A stretch of 64,000 bases of DNA. Origin: an uncultured virus (IMG/VR IMGVR_UViG_3300013119_000619) (taxonomy: Duplodnaviria > Heunggongvirae > Uroviricota > Caudoviricetes). The translations under genes were made by a program, and so were the position numbers. The notes beneath the pieces were generated by a model. It saw only the letters and a program-made list of their open reading frames with translations. It had not been told where the DNA came from and did no database searches. Shown here piece after piece: positions 9,872 through 21,500 of the stretch. Position 1 is the stretch's first letter. The number at the start of each line of letters is the position of its first letter. Location of the stretch: IMG/VR virus record IMGVR_UViG_3300013119_000619, one strand, 5' to 3'.

Positions 9872-10821
9872 GAGTCTACTCCTGTTTCTGGGTCACTATC
9901 TATTGCAGGATTAAATATTGTGATAGTTGTATTAGCATCAAACTCACCTGATGGATCTACATTTGCATCTTTACCTCCTACAGGTGTAATATTGATTCTG
10001 CTTATTGTATCACCCTGAACATCGCCTGTTTCAAGAAGAAAATTATCTCCATTTGTAGAACTATCAAGTGTTCCATCTTCTAATCGTATATAATCTGTAT
10101 TCATTATGGTACTAGATTCAAGTCTTAATTTATCAAGTTCTGGTATTGTATCACCCAAACTATCAAATTCATGAAAGTCAACTTGTACACTTTTGATAAT
10201 TTTACCACCACCTTTGATATCAGGATATAAAAATCCTTTCATAAAAAAATCTATTGTCCATATCAGTGTTCTTCTTGTGCCAAACTCACCATCAAATGTA
10301 TCTTCCAGTGAAGCAGAATTTATTGAAATTGGTACGTCTAATTTTATTCCTAAATCAGAAACAGCATTAATCGAGACATTAAACTCAGGTGTAAAAAATG
10401 GTAAAATCTGTTCCAATATTTGAGTGCCGTCTTCGGCATTATCTACAAAAACGAATAATTGAAAATCCATATTATATGGAACAGGATTAAACATTTTTCT
10501 AAGTGTGCTTCCACCTTCTGATGCCGTTGCTCTACCCAAAATTTTACCAACAGAATTTAATTTTCTTATAGGATCATATGTAAGAGATGTCAATTCAAAA
10601 CCCATACGTGGTAATTGTATGGCGACCTGTCTATTAATATTTGGATCTTGTCTTATTCGTGTAAGAAATTTTTGTTTTGGACCGTATGCAATAGGAACTT
10701 TTTGTCTAGATACAACATCACCAGACGAATTCTTCTTTTCTATGTTTAGATCATTAAACAAAGTTCCAAAAAGAACTACGTACTTTCTAATCGTCTGATG
10801 GTAATAGGTTTGTCCTAGCAT
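9868..10821 (-). CDS. gp15: Tail sheath stabiliser / tail terminator (T4 gp15-like)
   Basis: YHQTIRKYVVLFGTLFN, VPIAYGPKQKFL, LPRMGFE, QILEQILPFFTP. Confidence 0.95.
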   Translation of the reverse strand: MLGQTYYHQTIRKYVVLFGTLFNDLNIEKKNSSGDVVSRQKVPIAYGPKQKFLTRIRQDPNINRQVAIQLPRMGFELTSLTYDPIRKLNSVGKILGRATASEGGSTLRKMFNPVPYNMDFQLFVFVDNAEDGTQILEQILPFFTPEFNVSINAVSDLGIKLDVPISINSASLEDTFDGEFGTRRTLIWTIDFFMKGFLYPDIKGGGKIIKSVQVDFHEFDSLGDTIPELDKLRLESSTIMNTDYIRLEDGTLDSSTNGDNFLLETGDVQGDTISRINITPVGGKDANVDPSGEFDANTTITIFNPAIDSDPETGVDS

Positions 10822-10829
10822 AGTAAATA

Positions 10830-10841
10830 TATTTATAAATA
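10830..10841. promoter_or_regulatory. Palindromic bidirectional late promoter TATTTATAAATA
   Basis: TATAAATA on minus (10830-10837, 8 nt before gp15 ATG) and on plus (10834-10841, 5 nt before ATG 10847). Confidence 0.8.
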
Positions 10842-10846
10842 GTAGT

Positions 10847-11191
10847 ATGGCCTTATCTATAAAAAAACAAGGTATTAATTTTGAAATTGATCAGGGTTGT
10901 ACCTTCTCAAAAACTATTACCGCAAAAAATGCAAATAATGCAAATGTAACGATTACTGCAGGTTCAATTGCGGCCAGAATGCAGAAATCATATGATACGT
11001 CAAACACATCATTAAGATTAGATTTCACAACTGCAACTGAAGGATCTAACGTTACTATTTCGGCAACCGCTACTCAAACAAATTCTATGGCTCATGGTCG
11101 TTACTATTATGATATCGAATGGACACATGACACGGTAGAAGTGGAAAGAATTGCGGAGGGCATCATTACTCTATCACCTGGAGTGACTTAA
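10847..11191 (+). CDS. Small beta-sandwich virion protein (BppU N-terminal-like)
   Basis: NFEIDQGCTF...GRYYYDIE...ERIAEGIITLSPGVT pattern seen in small structural proteins of T4-like phages; own late promoter. Confidence 0.7.
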   Translation: MALSIKKQGINFEIDQGCTFSKTITAKNANNANVTITAGSIAARMQKSYDTSNTSLRLDFTTATEGSNVTISATATQTNSMAHGRYYYDIEWTHDTVEVERIAEGIITLSPGVT

Positions 11192-12048
11192 AAATTACTT
11201 TCACTGAATGGATTAGATTCAGAAAAGTCTATAATTGAATCTGCTTCAGTTTCGATTATAACATTATTTGCAGAAACATCATTGGTAAAAACTTGTGTAT
11301 CTGGTGTTGTACTTAAACTATAATATGCACCACTTGAATCTCCTACAATATTTGAAGTCGCACCAAAAGTGCCAACAATATCTGTTATTTTTAAAGTCTT
11401 ATCAGTAGAATTCCAAGATACAACTCTTGCTTTTGTGTTTGCAGATGCTAAATTATCACCAACATATACTGTCTCATCATCTACATAAGCACCTGATCCT
11501 GTACCCATAGAAAGATTAATTGAATATGCAAGTGTATCTTCTATCTCATCTATATCGTCAACTCCAGTATCAATTCTTTGATCATCATATTGAAACAATT
11601 CACATGTCAAATCAAAGATTGGAAGTTTACCAAATTGATAAAACATAGATTCATGTTCTACAAATCTTATCTCATATAATTTTTTGTTTAATGGAAAAAA
11701 TATTACATCACCCTCTAATGGTCTGTTTTGTTCTGTGATGTCCAAATTATCAAATCGTCTTCTTGCTACTGAAAATACAACTTGATCTCGTATTTCTAAT
11801 CCGAACCTAGATACAAAATCCCCTTCACCTTCAAATCCATCAACAGATTTGACATACATTTCTATTAAATGTGCTTGATTAAATTCTGATATAGTATCTT
11901 CACCATATAGCAAATCTTCATTAACATATTTTCTAGGTAGATAATAAACATCTATACCATAGTTTTTGATTGCTTCTATGATGAGATCTTGATGTAGATT
12001 TTGCTCTGGTGTGCTTTCAATATGATTGAAATATACGCTTGTGGTCAT
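11188..12048 (-). CDS. gp14: Neck protein (T4 gp14-like)
   Basis: EQNLHQDLIIEAIKNYGIDVYYLPR, RPLEGDVIFFP, C-terminal DFSESNPF. Confidence 0.96.
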   Translation of the reverse strand: MTTSVYFNHIESTPEQNLHQDLIIEAIKNYGIDVYYLPRKYVNEDLLYGEDTISEFNQAHLIEMYVKSVDGFEGEGDFVSRFGLEIRDQVVFSVARRRFDNLDITEQNRPLEGDVIFFPLNKKLYEIRFVEHESMFYQFGKLPIFDLTCELFQYDDQRIDTGVDDIDEIEDTLAYSINLSMGTGSGAYVDDETVYVGDNLASANTKARVVSWNSTDKTLKITDIVGTFGATSNIVGDSSGAYYSLSTTPDTQVFTNDVSANNVIIETEADSIIDFSESNPFSESNF

Positions 12049-13052
12049 TAGAAAGGTCCTGCCCCAATCATCATGTCAACAGGAAGTTCATTACGCAATT
12101 GCATATCTTCCTCAATCTGATTAAGTTCTGTGATGGCGTCTTCAAATAATTGTCTACCATTTAGATTGACACCACCTGGTAATTGTACACCATCATACTT
12201 AATTAAATTTGCTCCCCATTGTCTTTTGAAAAGTGCAGTTACATATTTCTTTAAGAATATATCGTTATAAACATCTGTAAATGAATCAGGATTTACAACT
12301 GCATAACATTCCGCCACCACAAACTCATCAATCTTAACATCATCGTTTGCCCAATCTAAATCAAGATATAAACGATTTTGATGTCTATTAAACCGTATGG
12401 GTTTTTTACCAACAAATATATCCTGCATTAATTGTAGATGAGATTGGGTCATTTGATAATGAGCAATAGATCCTCCAGTAAGAAAAGGCATTTCATTTAG
12501 ATGGAATTGATATCTAAAATTAAACATGTTGGCAGAAGTTTGTCCACCTGCCGCATCATGTATATCAAAAATGTTTACTACGCCTATAATTCTATCGTCT
12601 ATTGGAATAAAATGATTATCTATATCACCAAATGTGACGGTGCCTGCCGTAGCAGTTGCACTCGATTGAGATCCAGTAATCGTTTCGCTACTTGTGAACG
12701 TAGAAGATGTGTTATTATTTTGTACACCTGTACCGTCTTTATGTTCTTTGAATGTTATTACACTTGAATTGGCGGCATGTACTATTGCGGTTGCGTTTGA
12801 TGAGCCTCCTGTAATTTTTTCACCCTTTTCAAAATCTCCAACAACGCTTGAAACGGTTATAGTAGAACCTGTTATTTTATGTCTCAAATAAGTTTTTTCT
12901 ACACCGTCAAAATGATATTCTTGAAAATATTGTAAACCCTCATCAATACGATCTTCTAATTGATCATCGTCAACATTTACTTCAACGACTGGCTTACCTA
13001 ACATTCTTAGGCTATATTGTTTTAGTGCTTCTCGTGAACTAGGTTTTGCCAT
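12048..13052 (-). CDS. gp13: Neck protein (T4 gp13-like)
   Basis: LRMLGKPVVEVNVDDDQLEDRID, EYHFDG, QWGANLIKYDGVQLPGGVNLNG. Confidence 0.96.
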   Translation of the reverse strand: MAKPSSREALKQYSLRMLGKPVVEVNVDDDQLEDRIDEGLQYFQEYHFDGVEKTYLRHKITGSTITVSSVVGDFEKGEKITGGSSNATAIVHAANSSVITFKEHKDGTGVQNNNTSSTFTSSETITGSQSSATATAGTVTFGDIDNHFIPIDDRIIGVVNIFDIHDAAGGQTSANMFNFRYQFHLNEMPFLTGGSIAHYQMTQSHLQLMQDIFVGKKPIRFNRHQNRLYLDLDWANDDVKIDEFVVAECYAVVNPDSFTDVYNDIFLKKYVTALFKRQWGANLIKYDGVQLPGGVNLNGRQLFEDAITELNQIEEDMQLRNELPVDMMIGAGPF

Positions 13053-13060
13053 TTATTCTC

Positions 13061-15379
13061 TTAACATGTGTTGAGTAAAGTTCCATCCGCATCTTCTATT
13101 CTTATCGCACATTGTACACCATCAGCACATACAGAAGCACCTGTTACAACTAAACTACCAGTAACTTTAGTACCTGTGTCTGTTGTTTCAAATTTTTTAC
13201 TTCCGTTGTAATACAAATTTGTCGTACTCTCACTCATGTATAGTTGACGAGTATCATTAGTGAAAAAGTCTATTATACCTTTATTGGCGTGAAATTCCAT
13301 GTAGGTATCGGTATCGTCATTATGTTTAAGACGATAGCCTATTCTCACATCGTCACCAAATGTTTGAGTTCCTGTAGTGGCAGTAAGACTATCACCTACG
13401 GTAAGAGTGCTATCAAAATCAACCGCTCCTCCAACATTTAATTTTTTATTAATACCTACTCCACCATCAACTTGTAAGGCACCTTCATCATTACCTGACG
13501 ATTGCGTATCATCTGTTATATGAGTTACACCCGCAACTGTTAAAGTGCTATCAAAATCAACCGCTCCTTCAACATTTAATTTTTTATTAATACCTACTCC
13601 ACCATCAACTTGTAAGGCACCTGCATCATTACCTGACGATTGCGTATCATCTGTTATTTTAACAACACCAGTTGACCTTAGTGTACCATTTACATCTAAT
13701 TTATAAGTTGGTGTAGTATCGTTAATTCCAATGTTGCCGTTAGCAGATACAGAGAACATATCTGATCCTGTGTTTGCAACGGTTAATATTTTAGGCGGAG
13801 TGCCGTGATTATTCCATTTACCTTGTACATATAAAGTTTCAGCAGATGTATTTGCATTTTGAACAAAACTTACTAATTTTTTGTTCATATAATTTCCTAA
13901 GCCTGAACCTCCACTTCCAGTAATATCCAATGCAATTTTATTATTGGCGGCATGGTTTATAACCTGTGATGCACAATTTGTCGTGTCAATTTGAAGTGCT
14001 TTTGCACCTGATGCATCATTATGCGTGACTTTTATGTGTACAAGTTCTCTTCCCCCAGAACTATCTGAATTATCATCAACAAAAATTGCTGAACCTTCTG
14101 TCAATTCATCTGCCTGTATTTCAAATATATTTGCGGTTGTTTGTTCACCATCAATTAACATTGCTTTTTGGTCAGCCTGATCGGCATCTAAAAATATGCC
14201 TGTGGTTCCATCAGACGATCCAACGGTAACTTGAAACTTTGCGGATTGAGTTGCAACTGTGTCTCCCCCAACAACTTGCATATATCCACCAAACTCATTA
14301 CCCATAACAACTGTATTGGCTCCATCAGTATTAAAATGCATACTTTCAGTAGAATGATTATAAATTATGCTACCAATGTCACTTTCAGCAGGATGTCCAA
14401 ATAAAACATATGCATTTGATGTTGCACTACTCAAAAATGTCATGCCAACATCTGTATTTCCCTCTAATATTAATTCATCCGCAGATGTATTTGCAGTAAA
14501 AGATGTAAGTGTTCCACTCGAACTGTCCCAGTTGGTATATTCATTATCGGCGGCATATTCAGTTCTCATGTGAATACGACCTTTAGACGATGTTGGTCTT
14601 TTTTCAGTTTCTATTGTGGTAGATACTTCCGTAAATTTACCAATACCAACATTAGCAGTATGAGCATCGTCTCCTGTAATAATATTATCAACTGCAAGTG
14701 CCACACTATTTGTTGTCGCTAAAAATCCATCACCATTAGCAACAACATTCGAATTTTGTATTCCACTTCCTGTCATTGAAATTGTATTCATTGATGCACC
14801 ATTTACAGTAGCACCCTCAAATTCATGAACACCTGCTGAAATGGTCAACCCTCCAACGTCACCGCTATTAACAAGTATTGATGGATTAGTTAAAACAACG
14901 TCATCATTTTCAATAGCCTCACTTGTAAATTTTGCTACTGCACCAAGATTTGTTACTGTTGCACCTTCTAAATCTATTTCAGAGGCACCACTAACAAGTT
15001 TTTGACCATTTAGATTTATTTTACTATTATAAATAAATGTATTTGAAATAGATGTGTCAGCATTAACAGGAAGTGATACGTCAATTGCAGTACCACCTAG
15101 AATATGTGTTTGATGAACATTTCCAAGTGATTGTGTATTAGCAGATGTAAAATTTATATTACCACCAGTAAAGATAAGTTTTGTACCAGAAACCGTAGTT
15201 CCTGTAACCACTCCGGACACAACTTCATTAACTTGAAATCCCGATGAAGAATTAGCAAAAACGATGGCACTTGTAGGGTCTACACTATTAGCATCATTTA
15301 TTTCTGAAATAACATCATTAGTTCTATTACGCCAATCGTCAAATGTATTTGTTAATTCTACTACGCTTACATTAGGCAT
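13061..15379 (-). CDS. Fibre protein (tail/collar fibre-like)
   Basis: N-terminal TNTFDDWRNRTN anchor-like motif, GNIGINDTTPTYKLDVNG and GALQVDGGVGI beta repeats; position next to gp13. Confidence 0.8.
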   Translation of the reverse strand: MPNVSVVELTNTFDDWRNRTNDVISEINDANSVDPTSAIVFANSSSGFQVNEVVSGVVTGTTVSGTKLIFTGGNINFTSANTQSLGNVHQTHILGGTAIDVSLPVNADTSISNTFIYNSKINLNGQKLVSGASEIDLEGATVTNLGAVAKFTSEAIENDDVVLTNPSILVNSGDVGGLTISAGVHEFEGATVNGASMNTISMTGSGIQNSNVVANGDGFLATTNSVALAVDNIITGDDAHTANVGIGKFTEVSTTIETEKRPTSSKGRIHMRTEYAADNEYTNWDSSSGTLTSFTANTSADELILEGNTDVGMTFLSSATSNAYVLFGHPAESDIGSIIYNHSTESMHFNTDGANTVVMGNEFGGYMQVVGGDTVATQSAKFQVTVGSSDGTTGIFLDADQADQKAMLIDGEQTTANIFEIQADELTEGSAIFVDDNSDSSGGRELVHIKVTHNDASGAKALQIDTTNCASQVINHAANNKIALDITGSGGSGLGNYMNKKLVSFVQNANTSAETLYVQGKWNNHGTPPKILTVANTGSDMFSVSANGNIGINDTTPTYKLDVNGTLRSTGVVKITDDTQSSGNDAGALQVDGGVGINKKLNVEGAVDFDSTLTVAGVTHITDDTQSSGNDEGALQVDGGVGINKKLNVGGAVDFDSTLTVGDSLTATTGTQTFGDDVRIGYRLKHNDDTDTYMEFHANKGIIDFFTNDTRQLYMSESTTNLYYNGSKKFETTDTGTKVTGSLVVTGASVCADGVQCAIRIEDADGTLLNTC
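13406..13657 (-). repeat. Tandem duplication, 138-bp period (46 aa), in fibre gene
   Basis: 13406-13519 vs 13544-13657: 114 bp with 2 mismatches. Confidence 0.95.
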
Positions 15380-15581
15380 TAGACCCTCTCATATCTTGTA
15401 GATGATATAATATTAAATCTACTTTGTTTTTTAATTCGTTCATTTCTGATCTCAAATTATTTATTTGTTGCGACTCTGATATTTTTTTTCTGTGATTTAT
15501 TAGTGCTTGTCTATCATGAGCAAGAATAGCACTATTTGATAAATCTTTTACATAATTAGGATTATCTGTTTTAACTTTCAT
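15372..15581 (-). CDS. Small coiled-coil hypothetical protein
   Basis: 69 aa, overlaps both neighbours (coupled); C-terminal heptads INNLRSEMNELKNKVDLIL. Confidence 0.75.
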   Translation of the reverse strand: MKVKTDNPNYVKDLSNSAILAHDRQALINHRKKISESQQINNLRSEMNELKNKVDLILYHLQDMRGSNA

Positions 15582-18500
15582 TATGGATTACCCACACTAT
15601 CTAAAGCAATTGCTTTTAAATCTGCTATCTTAGGTATTCCAATAAAGGTTGTTTGTGTGTTTAAATCCTTAGTAAATACAATCTTTAATGCAAAGGTTCT
15701 AAAATTCGTAAAGACTGTTGTGCCATCATTTGAGGTATAGTTAATTTTTTCATCTACAGTCTTATATGTGTATTGTTTGAAATCATCTTCATTTAATGAA
15801 AAAAGTGCGGCAGAAGTATCCTGCTCCATTAATACGTAAGGTTTATCATCAAAATTTTCATTATCTTCGGCCGATAAAACTTTATAGTAAATGTATATAT
15901 TTGAACCTCTCGGTTTATAGGCATTTAAATAAACCCTAATATCAGATGCATCAAATCCTTCTTCTAATGTCACTCTTCTAGAAATGTATTTTGCAGTTAA
16001 GTTACCACCTCTTGAATGTGAAGTATTCGCAGAGAGCATGTTTGCGCCATTAGAACCCTCACCAATTATTCTAATGACTGGATCAGTACCAGATAAAGCA
16101 CTTGCTACTGTAACTGTAGGATTTGTAAGATAACCACTACCAGGATTTACAACTTTTACTTCATTTATTTTCCCATCAGAGCCTACATTAGCCGCAATAG
16201 TTGCAGTGTTTGATCCGACATCAGGAGCAGAAACAGTAAAAGCACTTGTGTTACCATCTACCGCATTTTTTGAAGCATATCGACCAGTATCACCACCGTA
16301 TTCAGATTGCAATAGATTAGACCCAGAACTTATTATTAATATATTTGAATTTTTTATACCAGCATTATTAACATCATTTTCGATTGAAATTACACCTGAT
16401 CTAGTTTCATCGAAAACAGGACTAATGATAGTATTAGCCGATGTAAAATAAACATTTAATTGAAATGAATTAGCATAGGCATCAACAAGTGTGTCTGTTT
16501 CATATGTAACTTGTTGTTGAGTTTTTAAATTAATATTTTTGTTGATCGTAAATTGTACGGCATCACTTTTTATAGTTGCATCTTTCGATGTAGAATAATA
16601 ATGATATATAGATCCTGTATTTGCAAATTCCATAATATCTGCAACGACTTTCATGCTTTCCATAATAGAGTTTGATGTTGCATTACCAGAAGATGTTGTA
16701 GAATTAGTTAATCGTGCATGACCTAAATCGGATGAAAAATTACATCTATTAATTTTGAACATCAAACCCTCAGTAGACAAAGGTTCTCTACCATCAGCAT
16801 TAGATGATTTGAACAATTTTCCCACGAATGGTTGTTGTGTTATTTTTCTATCTGTTCCAGAGTGTTTAGCACCTAATTCAAATGCATATAATTCATATTC
16901 AGATGTAACACTTGAAAGAGCAAATGCATATTCACCTGGGTTTAAGAAAACAGGAAAATCAAATTTAAATATTGTTCTCGATCCAACATTATTACCTTGT
17001 TTATTTGCAGTTAAACTATTACCTACAGTAGCCGATGGAAAACCACCTGAAGTATTTGCTACTGGAGTGCTTGTGTTTGCGGTCACACGACCTGGTGACA
17101 GTGTAACTTGAGAACCAGGTATGATAGCTGATGGACTTGGTGCACCATCAATCATAGGTCTAATATCTAGTGTAATAGAATTTTTAGATCCTGGAGATGA
17201 TTCTTTTTTTCTGAAATATAATTCTATGCTATCTAAGAAAACTCCTGATGGATAATTATCTTCCGAGACAAAAAACGATTGTGCTAAAGGTGCAAAAAAT
17301 TTATTTGACTCGGATCTTCTAGGTGTCGTATAACTCTTTACAATTTTTTCTGATGAAATGTCATCACGCTTTTTTATGAGTGGTCTTACTGAAACTACAT
17401 TATCTTCCCTATTCGAGTCAATTGCGCCTTTTGAATGAAACATACTTTCAGCAACCGATGTTGTACTTGCTAAAATATTATCTGAATCGTCTGTCAATCT
17501 AAATAGAGTTTCTCCTGATATAAATTTATCTGATGGTACGTTAAATATGCCTGCGGTTGCACCTTCGTTATTCACTAAAATCTGACCATCAGATAAATTG
17601 TAATTTGTTACAGATGAAATTGTTCCATTAGCACCAGTATCTTGCCCTTGTACGACTGAACCGAGATTGAAAGCACTTTCACTCGTTTGATTAATAATCA
17701 TTATCGAGCATGAATTAACATCATTTCTATCTGACATGTAAACAACTTTGGCTGTATTTCCTGCACTACTTCCAGACCCTGTAATAGAAATCGTTTCAAA
17801 ATTTGATGATGTTGTTCTAAAAACATTAGACGTACTTACGTTTGATAAACCTAAAAGAGTTGCTTGTTTACAAAAACTCGTTACTTTTGTGTCATCAAAA
17901 TAAGCATATACATTTTTATTAGGTTTTAATCCTTTTGCAAGAAAGGTTATTGTTTGAGGTCTTATTTTTGGTAGAACTGAAACATTAACGACTTTATTAC
18001 CAATCGTTTTAAGAATTTTTTCAGGAACATTACCCTTTTTCAAACCTGTTAACGTTTTATTTTGTCCTGTAGTTTTTGCTCTTCTGTCATTACTAGCAAC
18101 ATCACCTGCATCTCTTGTTCCAGATTTCACATCTTCTATAACTTGAACACCTGACCATATTTCTTCCCAATCGTTATAGTGTGATCCATGACCATTATTG
18201 GTTGGAATATATTTCCAATTATCATATTGACCTTCAAGATTCACTACAATTTGAGTTCTAATATTTGTATCGTACCAATTGTCTGTAGGAGGATCTAGAT
18301 CAAGTGTTCCAATATAATTCTGAAATGAAAATGGGTTAACAGATATTTTCTTTTGTATATTTTTTCCAAGTAGGTTTCCAGTTAATGGCTGATCGAGAAA
18401 AGGACTCGATGCAAATGGTAATGTCAAAATTCCGCCGTTATTTACTAATGTACTATTTTGTGTATTGGCATCAAAGTCGAGTCTATGCAAATCCGATTTA

Positions 18501-21500
18501 AAAGGAGGACGTAAATGTTTATTATTAAAATCAACCGATGCATTAAAATCTGTATTGAAAACATCACTAATACTATGTCCTGCAAAAGGATCTACTAAAA
18601 TACCATTCTTAAATCTATCGTTATCATTAACATCTGTAATTGTCAATCCATCCGCTTCTTTTTCAAGTAAATTTAAAGAAACGTAATATTCAAGATTTTC
18701 AATTCTTTTTTCGAGAGTTCCAATATCTCTCATAGTAAATTTTTTATTATCAATATATCTTGCTTGAATATCATTTGGATTAAATGTATACGCAGGTATT
18801 TCCATCGAATATAATGTCATACTATCTTCATCATCTGCAGGTAAAACTGGAGCAATATCAGAAACACCTTTGATAACTTTAAAATTTCTATCTCTCGTAA
18901 GAACTACTTTGTCTTTTCTTGGAAGATAATGTGCATAGTCTGTATCAAAAGTATAATCGAAATCCGGCAATATCTTACCATGAAAGACATTTGCGGTAGT
19001 AGTTATATCATTTGTATAAGAATATCCATCAGTGTTTGCGGTATCGATACCAATTCTTTTGGGTCTAAAATCAACAACATCTCTCAATTGAAATTTGTTT
19101 CCTGTTACAGGTGATGTAAATGCTGGTATTTCCGTATAAGGTGTATTTGCCGAACCACTATACGTGTATGAGTCAACTGTAAATGGTCCAGAACCACTGT
19201 GAGTATAATAATCTACAATTGCCATTACTTGTCCTACTGGTTTATCTTCACCAGGTTTTAATGATATTTTTCCATAATCATAATAATTATCTTTTTGTCC
19301 AGTATCAAATTCAAATCTTGAAGTTATATTATGTTGATTTGCGGAGTCAGCAATAGATGCAGTTACCATAGCGGTTTTTACATTAGCATCAGGATTTAAA
19401 GAATCAATTACTGCAACCAATTTTTTCACATCAGAAATTTTTAATGAATTGTTCGCACCAGGTTCAGTATTCATAGACGTACCTAATACTATTTGTCCTG
19501 AATCTGCCTGTATCGTATTTGAAGAATTATAGTCTACATTTGCAACTGTTGTATTTCCCGTAACAAGTAGTTTCTTTGCAATTTGAGATCCGGCACCACT
19601 ATTTGTAGCATTAGATCTCTCCATAGTTGCTATGATTTGTACTTGATGAGATGACAAATCTGGAGCACCAGTAGCATCAGAACGTGCTTGTATTGATAGG
19701 GCACCGCCATTATTTTCAAGAGAAAGACTTCTAGTGTAAGAAGAACCTCCATTTAAAGCAGTACCAGAAGTGTTAGAAAATTCTATCACTTTTCCATCAT
19801 GGACACCACTAATGGCTGTTATAATATAATTTGCATCTGCTTCTGATTCAGATAAAGTTTTTGTTGTTGCTGGATAAAATGCTTCTCCTGATGGAGCAGT
19901 GGCAGTTCCAGTTTGATCGGCAGTCAAATTAACTATAAATGTTCTCTTAAATCTATAAGTTGTTGAACTTGAACCTGTTGGATTTAGATTTGCTACTGTA
20001 GAATTTTGTAATGGAAAAATTAAACTTCTTTCTTCGTCATTTGCTTTATAGAGTATGGTATCACCAGTTTCTACACCACCTACTTTACCACTTGGATCAA
20101 TATTAAACGCATCAGTAATAGCATTAGAATCTATTTTTACACCAGATCTTACGTTTTTTACAGAAAAATTTAGACTGTATGTTGAGTCATCTATGGTTGG
20201 TTGTGACAATGGACTATCTAAACGTGCCCTATATGAACTGTTCATTGGTGAACTATAATTACTGATCGCACCAGTCCATTCAATAATTCTACGTGTATCT
20301 GATGTTGTTACACCAAGAAAAGATGTATTTACAGTTACCTCTACACCATATAATGTATTGGCAGTACCAAATTTATTTGTATTCAAATCTATTTGACTTG
20401 TGTTTGCATTACCTCTTCCGGATCCAACCGTACCTGTTGTTTTATTAAATCTAAAATCAAATAAGTGTGCATCATAGATTGAATGAAAAATTCTGTGTGC
20501 GGTACTTGCCTCTGTACTTGCATTAGGGTCGCTATCATCATATAATACTGTTACAGAACTATCTCTTCCTCCTCTATAATCAAGTTGGCGTATTCTTGCA
20601 GTACCTATTTTTGTATGATCACTTGTTGGATCGATACCAACAAAATCAATATTATTATTTGTTGAATTAGATTGATCTCCTGAAATTAAAATAGATCTAT
20701 CTTCACTATTAATTGCATCTGTGGATGGCCATTTGACACAATGCAATTCAATAAGATCCATACCGGCGGCACCTGTGGTGTCCCCCATTGCTCCAGTATC
20801 AACACCAAGATCAAAACCAACTTTTTGATATAAATCTGTCACCTTTAAAAATGGTCCAAAGTCTGTACCTTGTTGCTCACCACTAACAGTTCTTGTATCT
20901 CGTCCTTTATCAATATCAACAAAAGATGTTGTGACTGTTTCAAATTCATAACCTTTAACATATGCTTTGCCTGGATTGAGTGATGCAGTAACTTTTGTGT
21001 CAACACCTATTTTTTGATCATCACTACCATCACCTAATGATGTGCCTGATGATAATGTCAAAGATGTATTGTTTGCAATTGTAGAAATTGTGGCAGTTTT
21101 GTTTGTATTTCCTGAAAGAAAGATTGTATCTCCATCTACTAATTGAGAAACAAACCCTGTTCCTGCACCTGTAAAATTTGTACACGCATTTGCTGTTGTT
21201 CTTGCAGAAGCAACACCTGCTATTTTGTGTGTTTCAAATGCTAATGAAAACGGTTTTACTGTAAAGTCACCGGATTGATCAAATGTTCTTCTTGCCAGAA
21301 CATCACCTATTGCACCATACAAAGGACTCGAAACTTGTTTGACTATAATTCCATTTTCAACTCTTAACAATTCAATAAAGTCTACATCAGACCTTGCTTC
21401 AAGAGGATCAGTAATTACTTTTGTATACTCAGGTGTTCCTGTCGCAGGAGTCGTTGGTTTTCCAGCAACGAAAACTGTAAAAGTAGTGCCACTGGTGACA

